Origin: a virus
Reading direction: 5' to 3' (one strand)
DNA length: 64,000 nucleotides
Virus record (IMG/VR): IMGVR_UViG_3300044629_000431
Span: 82,478-146,477 of that record
The translations under genes and the position numbers were made by a program. Positions 37,021-43,398 of the stretch are shown piece after piece (the first letter of the stretch is position 1; each line of letters begins with the position of its first letter). The notes below the pieces were generated by a model. It was not told the origin of the DNA and searched no databases. It saw only the letters and a program-made list of their open reading frames with translations.

Positions 37021-37271
37021 CGTTCCGAGTCGGCTTACTTCCGTCCTATTCAGTTTAGCACTTAAGTCTCACAACATCCTTTCGGAGTTCTGATAGCAAT
37101 CGGTCTTCTTTTCTTTGGTCTACTACATCGTCGTTTTTAACGATGTCCATTAGTTCCCACGCTGCGTCACAACTTATTGTCACTTGATTTGATTTGGCAA
37201 GTTGAGGCGTAGAGATAGAAAGAAGTGGAACCCATGCTAAAAGCAAAAGTGCCTTAGACATAGGATGAACG
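37021..37271 (-). ncRNA. glnA (glutamine-I) riboswitch-like aptamer 1, with a 210-nt P2 loop
   Basis: CGTTC-A-TCCTAT[...]ATAGGA-CGGAAGTAAGCCGACTCG-GAACG. Confidence 0.7.
37055..37261 (-). CDS. Small protein (68 aa, signal-peptide-like N-terminus) encoded inside aptamer 1
   Basis: ORF track; two Cys with spacing similar to 36856..37008. Confidence 0.65.
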   Translation of the reverse strand: MSKALLLLAWVPLLSISTPQLAKSNQVTISCDAAWELMDIVKNDDVVDQRKEDRLLSELRKDVVRLKC

Positions 37272-37281
37272 TTAGAGGGAT

Positions 37282-37341
37282 ATTATACCTCTATTCTTCT
37301 TATATATACAAGTTTTATGTTGAAACAGTAACAATAGATAC
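37282..37341 (-). promoter_or_regulatory. sigma70 promoter (TTGTAT-N18-TATAAT) with upstream NtcA-type box
   Basis: TATAAT at 37287-37282; GTA-N8-TAC at 37328-37341 (TGTATCTATTGTTAC). Confidence 0.6.
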
Positions 37342-37436
37342 AAAAATGTATCCATATTATACTAAAAAGAATGAAGATTTATGAAAACCCTCACGCAAAG
37401 AAATTTTGCCGGGAAATTTTCCCCCGATATGGGAAA

Positions 37437-37790
37437 CTACTTCCGCTTTTTGGTTTTGGGTGCTTGATAACCCCAGGTCTTTGGATTGTATCGACCATAT
37501 CCAAAGTCAATACTCTTTAAGTTTTCACGAAACTTATCCCAATACATATCAAACAAACGAGTTCTTGTTCCTCTAGTTAGGTCATAACAAACTTCTTCGT
37601 CTACAAGATATTTTACAATGTAAGCATCATTCGGTGCTTCTTTGGTGCAGACATCAGCATATGAACCATTTTCAATCATAATTTCACAACTGTAGCGTGA
37701 CTTGCAAGTTTCTTTTTCTGCTGATGTCCAATGATCCATATGCTTTTCCTGTGTTTTTTCAACAACTTGACTCACGAACGCCCTCCCCAA
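37437..37790 (-). CDS. Conserved cyanophage hypothetical protein
   Basis: PNDAYIV.Y...FDMYWDK...GYG..NPK.WG. Confidence 0.7.
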   Translation of the reverse strand: MGRAFVSQVVEKTQEKHMDHWTSAEKETCKSRYSCEIMIENGSYADVCTKEAPNDAYIVKYLVDEEVCYDLTRGTRTRLFDMYWDKFRENLKSIDFGYGRYNPKTWGYQAPKTKKRK

Positions 37791-38416
37791 ATAATATCAG
37801 GGAATGCTTGCGAAACAACATCTTTACCAATTTTGTACTTGGTTTCAAGTTTCTTATCTTTAACAAGGCAAACAATTTCTGCCTCAAGAGGATGAAGACC
37901 TTGAAGAAGATTGATAAACATTGTTTCTCTGCGAAGAGAACTCAGACTATCATTGCCACCTTTGACAAAGTTATAAAACTTTTGATACTCTTTGCGAATC
38001 GAAGAGCGTCCTTGATCCTGAGAACCAAGAGAGTTAGTTCCAAGTTCTTCCATCTTATCAACTGCATCAGCAATCTTCTCACTCAGAGTTCCCTTGAATG
38101 AGTCCATCTCATTTACCGCAGAGTATGGAACATCGCCAGGAGGAAGTGCTGATTGAATGGTCTCATCAAAGTTCCAAATGAACAGTGTTTTCAGACAAGG
38201 ATGAGCATACTTTTGAAGTGCTTCTACTTTCTTAACAGTGCTCTTTTGTTTTGCAGCAACATTCAGAATTTCAAAAACAAAAGGATTTGCTGGAAGGTCT
38301 GGAATCGGTGCTTCTGCAACTTTTGCTTTTGGTGCTGCTGGTTTTTTTGTTGCGGTAGTTTTTGCTCTACTCGTTGTCGCTGTCGTCTTCTTCGTCGTAG
38401 TCATGATAGTTTTCAA
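37772..38416 (-). CDS. Conserved T4-like hypothetical protein
   Basis: IWNFD...LPPGDVPY...RRETMFINLLQGLHPLEAE. Confidence 0.8.
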   Translation of the reverse strand: MKTIMTTTKKTTATTSRAKTTATKKPAAPKAKVAEAPIPDLPANPFVFEILNVAAKQKSTVKKVEALQKYAHPCLKTLFIWNFDETIQSALPPGDVPYSAVNEMDSFKGTLSEKIADAVDKMEELGTNSLGSQDQGRSSIRKEYQKFYNFVKGGNDSLSSLRRETMFINLLQGLHPLEAEIVCLVKDKKLETKYKIGKDVVSQAFPDIIWGGRS

Positions 38417-38597
38417 AATTAAATGCGATTACTTCGTCAGGTATAAGATTACCTTGCTGGTCAAACATCTCAGGATGTGGTCTTGGAATCTCCCGATAGT
38501 TCATCATGTATTCTCTTGCCACCCAACCTGCCATTACTCCCACTATAAGAAACAATACGGTTAGAAAGGAACCGAATACTAGACTAACTGCTAACAT
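38367..38597 (-). CDS. Small membrane protein, conserved in cyanophages
   Basis: N-terminal TM helix plus HPEMFD..GN..PDE. Confidence 0.75.
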   Translation of the reverse strand: MLAVSLVFGSFLTVLFLIVGVMAGWVAREYMMNYREIPRPHPEMFDQQGNLIPDEVIAFNFENYHDYDEEDDSDNE

Positions 38598-38862
38598 TTC
38601 TTTTTCTCCGGGAAACTACTTTTTTCTTCCTTGACTTTAAGGAAAATTCAAAATAGATAGTGACTTCCCGATTGAGAAAGCAAACTATCTTTTCAAAGAT
38701 AATATGAAATGGTTGAGTCTGCTTTCTTTTACCTCCATTAAGAATGAGTTCAATGCCACGATTAAAGTGGTCTTCAGGTTTATTTATGTTCGTATCAGAC
38801 GATTTGGTTTTCTTTGAGGAATTTGATTGTGTCAACGGATCCTCCAATCTTTTTATCATCAC
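38584..38862 (-). CDS. Hypothetical protein (start uncertain)
   Basis: Open frame filling the gap between neighbours; annotated start overlaps the glutaredoxin gene. Confidence 0.45.
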   Translation of the reverse strand: MMIKRLEDPLTQSNSSKKTKSSDTNINKPEDHFNRGIELILNGGKRKQTQPFHIIFEKIVCFLNREVTIYFEFSLKSRKKKVVSRRKRNVSS

Positions 38863-39031
38863 AAATTACCTGTGGAAAAGTAGAACCTTCTCCAAACTCA
38901 GAATAAAATTGTTCTCTTGTAAAATCTTCACCTAAAGTATAGACCACAAATGACTGTTTTGTCAACTCCAATACTTCTTTAACCTTAGTGCAATAGGGGC
39001 AATCGTTTTTACTATAAACAGTGAACTTCAT
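38795..39031 (-). CDS. nrdC: Glutaredoxin
   Basis: CPYC, TFPQV, IGG motifs. Confidence 0.92.
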   Translation of the reverse strand: MKFTVYSKNDCPYCTKVKEVLELTKQSFVVYTLGEDFTREQFYSEFGEGSTFPQVICDDKKIGGSVDTIKFLKENQIV

Positions 39032-39062
39032 ATTTCTTTAGATACGCTTAATAATTTATAAG

Positions 39063-39089
39063 AAAAAAGGAGGGCATAAACACCCTCCT
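39063..39089 (-). terminator. Rho-independent terminator
   Basis: AGGAGGGTGTTTATGCCCTCCTTTTTT. Confidence 0.85.
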
Positions 39090-39162
39090 CATTATACCAC
39101 CAACTCACCTCTCCCACCACAGAGAGGGTCTTCATTCCCAAAGTTACAAGGATGTTGAAGAC
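39063..39162 (-). ncRNA. Candidate ~100-nt sRNA with its own promoter and terminator
   Basis: Hairpins GTCTTCA/TGAAGAC and CCTCTC/GAGAGG, then terminator GGAGGG..CCCTCC-T6. Confidence 0.6.
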
Positions 39163-39168
39163 TTGAAT

Positions 39169-39197
39169 ATTATAAGGGATTCTGAGTCAGGTGTCAA
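39169..39197 (-). promoter_or_regulatory. Consensus sigma70 promoter
   Basis: TTGACA-N17-TATAAT, perfect consensus. Confidence 0.9.
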
Positions 39198-39200
39198 GGG

Positions 39201-39229
39201 TTGACAAAGTATAATTTTGGGTCTAGACT
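39201..39229 (+). promoter_or_regulatory. Divergent sigma70 promoter pointing antisense into the fibre island
   Basis: TTGACA-N17-TAGACT. Confidence 0.65.
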
Positions 39230-39256
39230 CTGCTTTGTGGCGGTTGAAGATAAGTA

Positions 39257-39535
39257 CTATGATAAATTTAAAGACGTTGCTTGTACTTCTTCGTTTCTTT
39301 GTGCTGCTGTTTTGACTAGACCTTCTTCATAAGCCGCTAGAACCATATCATCTTTGTTGATAACAGTAATGGGTTGATTGCTTTCTAGTTTAGTCTTGAC
39401 ATACAAGTCACATATTTCGTCAATCGCAATGCGAGCACGGTTAGTTGCTACGTTTGTAATCCAAAAATCTACATCAGCAGCAATGTATTCCATTGCCTTC
39501 TGTTCTGCTTCTGTTAAAGTAACTGTGTAGTCCAT
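39257..39535 (-). CDS. Small fibre-associated protein (assembly-chaperone-like), paralog of 40466..40738
   Basis: Near-identical to 40466..40738; follows a C1q-like fibre gene. Confidence 0.75.
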   Translation of the reverse strand: MDYTVTLTEAEQKAMEYIAADVDFWITNVATNRARIAIDEICDLYVKTKLESNQPITVINKDDMVLAAYEEGLVKTAAQRNEEVQATSLNLS

Positions 39536-39557
39536 ATTGAGTCTTTTTGAGTATTTA

Positions 39558-40445
39558 TTATCCTAAAAGGTATCCGCAAAACCAAGCATAATAAACCGCA
39601 TAACCACTAGCTCTACGTCTTGCTGATACAGTATCACCAGCAGTCAAATTCATTATTTGTGTGTTAGTTCCGGGTTGATATACAACACCATAATTCAACA
39701 TATTATTTGGGTATACGCTACCATTTTTTACTAAATTTACAAAATGAGAATTAGTATCTTCTGTTGAGAATGAAAATGAGAAAAAATATTTTCCAGAAAT
39801 TGGAGCAGTAAAAAGTCCAGTAGTTGTACTAAAATGATTTCCTACATTATGATCCACATTACTACCAAGATATATCTCTGGGGTTGTTGAATTAAAAGTA
39901 GCTCCATGAACCATAAATGATGGTTGAGAAGGTAGAGTTAATCTACCAGAACCATCAATAGTTGCTCTGACTGACGCATTACTTACATCAACAAAACGAA
40001 GAGATGGTGTTGATGTATTGCCATAAACATCAATATACCAACCAGTTGCATTATCAGTTGCTCTACCAAAACTTACTTGTCCACCCTCTTGAGATGCATC
40101 AACTCTACCTGCTTTGATTTCTCCACCAACAACTTCAAGTTTTTGTGATGGGACTGCGGTTCCTATACCAATATTAGCACTACTATCAATTCTTAATGCT
40201 TCTACACCACCTTCAGCAAAGGCTATAGTATCAGCACTCGGAAAGAATATTCCGGTGTTTGAATCGCCTGTTGGTGTTATGGACGGAGCACTAGCACTAC
40301 CGGCAGCAACGGTTGTAACACCACTATTTGTAATGCTTGTGCCAGATACTGAACCTACTAACGTTACACTTCCAGTCGCAGTTCCAATCGCAACATTGGT
40401 GCTGGTTGATGGTAATATCTGGTCTACACGAAGATTACTCGCCAT
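39558..40445 (-). CDS. Short tail fibre with C1q-like tip
   Basis: NTGIFFPSADTIAF; QPSF...NVGNHF.TTTGLFTAPISGKYFF...FCGYLLG. Confidence 0.8.
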   Translation of the reverse strand: MASNLRVDQILPSTSTNVAIGTATGSVTLVGSVSGTSITNSGVTTVAAGSASAPSITPTGDSNTGIFFPSADTIAFAEGGVEALRIDSSANIGIGTAVPSQKLEVVGGEIKAGRVDASQEGGQVSFGRATDNATGWYIDVYGNTSTPSLRFVDVSNASVRATIDGSGRLTLPSQPSFMVHGATFNSTTPEIYLGSNVDHNVGNHFSTTTGLFTAPISGKYFFSFSFSTEDTNSHFVNLVKNGSVYPNNMLNYGVVYQPGTNTQIMNLTAGDTVSARRRASGYAVYYAWFCGYLLG

Positions 40446-40465
40446 AGTGTGAGTTTTTTAGGTAT

Positions 40466-40738
40466 TTATTCGGGAAGTTGTGCTGCTGCTTCTTCGTTTC
40501 TTTGTGCCACTGTTTTGACTAGACCTTCTTCGTATGCCGCTAGAACCATATCAGGTTTGTTAGTTGCGGTGATGGGTTGATTACTTTCTAGTTTAGTCTT
40601 AACATATAAGTCACAGATTTCGTCAATAGCAATTCTTGCCCTATTAGTCGCAGCGTTAGTGATCCATTCGTCCACATCAGCAGCAATGTATTCTATTGCC
40701 TTCTGTTCTGCTTCGGTTAAGGTAATTGTATAATCCAT
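40466..40738 (-). CDS. Small fibre-associated protein (assembly-chaperone-like)
   Basis: Paralog of 39257..39535. Confidence 0.75.
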   Translation of the reverse strand: MDYTITLTEAEQKAIEYIAADVDEWITNAATNRARIAIDEICDLYVKTKLESNQPITATNKPDMVLAAYEEGLVKTVAQRNEEAAAQLPE

Positions 40739-40768
40739 ATAAAGTCTTTTTGAGTATTTATTACACTA

Positions 40769-41695
40769 TTATCCTAATAAAACCCCACTAAATCCACTAT
40801 ATGATGGTCCATAAATACGCAAATTATTATCTCTAGCAAATAAACTAACATAATCATTTACTGCTAATTGCAATAGAATACTATTAGATCTGCCCCTCTC
40901 TGCACTCATATACATTCTTGCTTGGGCAGTTGCGTCAGTACCATTAATAGCAAATGTGAGAGATCCTGACTGATCTGTTTCAGTTAGAACTGTAGTTGTA
41001 AATAAATACACTCCTGCTACAGGTGCTGTAAATCTACAAGTTGTAGTATTATAATGTGACCCAATATTATATGTTGTAAAAGTAAATTTTGTTATTTCTG
41101 CATTCGCCGAATAAGTAGTATAGCTGCCATCACCATATGCTTGAAAGGCTGGTTGAGAAGGTTTTGTTACTCTACCACTTGAATCTATACGAACTCTTTC
41201 TGATCCATTTGTATCAAAACGAATAAAACTATTCTCACGATTGCGAATAATAAAACTACCATCATCATTTAATGTTATTTCAGATCCATCGGAAGCAGAG
41301 CTTCCAGTATTGTTGTTCGTTAAATGAACAACTGGATATGATGGTGCTGATACGTGTATAGTAGTTTCATTTCCGTTTCCAGTTGGGTTATTCGTTCCTA
41401 TACCCAAACGACCACTACTATCAAACCTACCTACTTCAACACCACCTTCTGCAAACGCAATGGTATCAGCACTCGGGAAGAGGATACCGGTATTTGAGTC
41501 GCCACTTGGACTTATAGGGGGAGCACTAGTGCTACCGGCAGAAACTACAAGACCACTAGAAAACGTAGCAATACCAGAAGAATTAACAGTTCCAGTAACA
41601 TTACCAATCAAGTTACCCTGAATGTTACTACCAAAAGTAACCGTAGAAACTCCAGCGTCTGCTTGTATGTTATTAACAACTATCTTGCTAGTCAT
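40769..41695 (-). CDS. Short tail fibre with C1q-like tip
   Basis: QPAF...NIGSHYNTTTCRFTAPVAGVYLF...FSGVLLG; start refined to MTSKIVV. Confidence 0.8.
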   Translation of the reverse strand: MTSKIVVNNIQADAGVSTVTFGSNIQGNLIGNVTGTVNSSGIATFSSGLVVSAGSTSAPPISPSGDSNTGILFPSADTIAFAEGGVEVGRFDSSGRLGIGTNNPTGNGNETTIHVSAPSYPVVHLTNNNTGSSASDGSEITLNDDGSFIIRNRENSFIRFDTNGSERVRIDSSGRVTKPSQPAFQAYGDGSYTTYSANAEITKFTFTTYNIGSHYNTTTCRFTAPVAGVYLFTTTVLTETDQSGSLTFAINGTDATAQARMYMSAERGRSNSILLQLAVNDYVSLFARDNNLRIYGPSYSGFSGVLLG

Positions 41696-41934
41696 ACGAT
41701 TCTCCACTCTCCTTGTACTGTGACGGTGTAACCACTACTGACTGTTACCGTTCCGGCAGTGACTCCATTGGTTCCTGCTGGTATCGTCACATTCTCATCA
41801 ATCGTGTTCTTGTTTGCTTTAATCACACCATAAGTATCTAGCCACTGTGAGGCACCATTCGCACTGATGATGTCTTTAAAGTCAACGGTGCTTCCAGTTT
41901 GTGAGCGAACGGTATTAACAATTAAAGTTGTCAT
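41692..41934 (-). CDS. Mini fibre-adaptor-like protein
   Basis: 80 aa; paralog of 41931..42170; C-terminal TIPAGTNGVTAG...GEWRIV. Confidence 0.7.
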   Translation of the reverse strand: MTTLIVNTVRSQTGSTVDFKDIISANGASQWLDTYGVIKANKNTIDENVTIPAGTNGVTAGTVTVSSGYTVTVQGEWRIV

Positions 41935-42170
41935 ACAATCACCCACTCACCAAGTTGTGTGACGGTATAACCATCGGCAATCGTGATGGGACCAGCAGAA
42001 AGTCCATTGGTGTCTGCTGGAATTGTGATGTTCTCAGCGATGGTATTACGATTGGTCTTGATGACTCCATAAGAATCCACCCATTGCTTATCACCATTTG
42101 CGGTGATTTGGTCCTTGAACTCTGTTGTAGAGGTCGTGGAGTCAATGATGTTAGCTTTGAGTGTGCTCAT
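41931..42170 (-). CDS. Mini fibre-adaptor-like protein
   Basis: 79 aa; MSTLKANII...TIPADTNGLSAGPITI...GEWVIV. Confidence 0.7.
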   Translation of the reverse strand: MSTLKANIIDSTTSTTEFKDQITANGDKQWVDSYGVIKTNRNTIAENITIPADTNGLSAGPITIADGYTVTQLGEWVIV

Positions 42171-42187
42171 TGGAGGTTTTTAGGTAT

Positions 42188-43381
42188 TTATAGACCAGCG
42201 GCATCTAAACGTGCTTGAAGTTCTGAAATGATAGTTTGCTGCTCTTGAATAGCTTTAAAAGCAACCGCAACTAAACTTCCATAGTCTAGACCCTTATATC
42301 CTGTTGCCCCATCACCAGTTGATACAACTTCAGGAATAATTTCCTCAACTTCTTGAGCAATAAATCCAATGTGAGTCTTATTATCACTATTCATTTCATA
42401 ATGTCTTGGTACTAAACTTAAAGCAGTTGTTAACCCATATCCTATTGGTCTAATATTTTGCTTGAGTCTTTCATCAGAAGCATTAGTCCATGCTCCAGCA
42501 GAACTTAAATATCCTTCATTTGTACCATTGTAAAAATAAAGATTACCAGAGGAGTTCGTATATATTGAACGATACACACCAGATGTACTATCTCTAACTC
42601 CTATTCCAGCTTGAGAACCTACAACTTGAAGGACGGCATAAGGACTATAACTACTAAAAGAACTATATGTTCCCCCAGTGTTGGATATAACAACCATACC
42701 AGCATTGTTACTGTCTGATATACGAAGTTTTTCTGTGCCTCCTGCCCCAAAGTTTAAAATATCAGTAGCGTGTTGATAATTTACCCATCCTCGGTACTGT
42801 GATGCAGATGCTGAATTATCACCAAACTGAACCCAGGAATTGCCATTTGTTGGATTTGCCCATAGTTGTAAACCTCCAGAAGAACCAGAAGCAGTTGATC
42901 CAACAGAAATTGTTTGAGTTCCAGCATTACTATCAACAGTATCACCAATATGAACATCATAAGATCCAGCAGGCATTTGTAAATGACCACTTGAAGATAT
43001 CCGAACTCTTTCAATATTATCAGTTCCTAAAATTAATGGTCTAGAGGATCTACCATTTATAGCAAAATGATCACTATCTCCTCTTGTTGGAGATCCAAAA
43101 AGTTGATATGCAGAACCTATCTCACCAATTGTTGTTCCATTTGTTTGCCACTGTAACCATCCACCCGTTGTTCCACCAATATTAACCAAAATAGATGGAC
43201 CATAAGATAAAGATTCTGGTTGAAAAATTTTTAATTTTGCAGTACTACTAGAAAATGTTGTGGATCCTATACCAACAGAATCATTAATATTGAACGTCCC
43301 AGCACTAATATTCGCAGCGTTTATCGTGACTGTCTGACCGCTTCCGACTGGTTGTATACGATTAACATTCAGAATACTCAT
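42188..43381 (-). CDS. Tail fibre with peptidase S74 chaperone domain
   Basis: ERVRISSSG repeats; SDERLKQNI...IGFIAQEVEEIIPEVV. Confidence 0.85.
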   Translation of the reverse strand: MSILNVNRIQPVGSGQTVTINAANISAGTFNINDSVGIGSTTFSSSTAKLKIFQPESLSYGPSILVNIGGTTGGWLQWQTNGTTIGEIGSAYQLFGSPTRGDSDHFAINGRSSRPLILGTDNIERVRISSSGHLQMPAGSYDVHIGDTVDSNAGTQTISVGSTASGSSGGLQLWANPTNGNSWVQFGDNSASASQYRGWVNYQHATDILNFGAGGTEKLRISDSNNAGMVVISNTGGTYSSFSSYSPYAVLQVVGSQAGIGVRDSTSGVYRSIYTNSSGNLYFYNGTNEGYLSSAGAWTNASDERLKQNIRPIGYGLTTALSLVPRHYEMNSDNKTHIGFIAQEVEEIIPEVVSTGDGATGYKGLDYGSLVAVAFKAIQEQQTIISELQARLDAAGL

Positions 43382-43398
43382 TTGAGTTTTTTAGGTAT

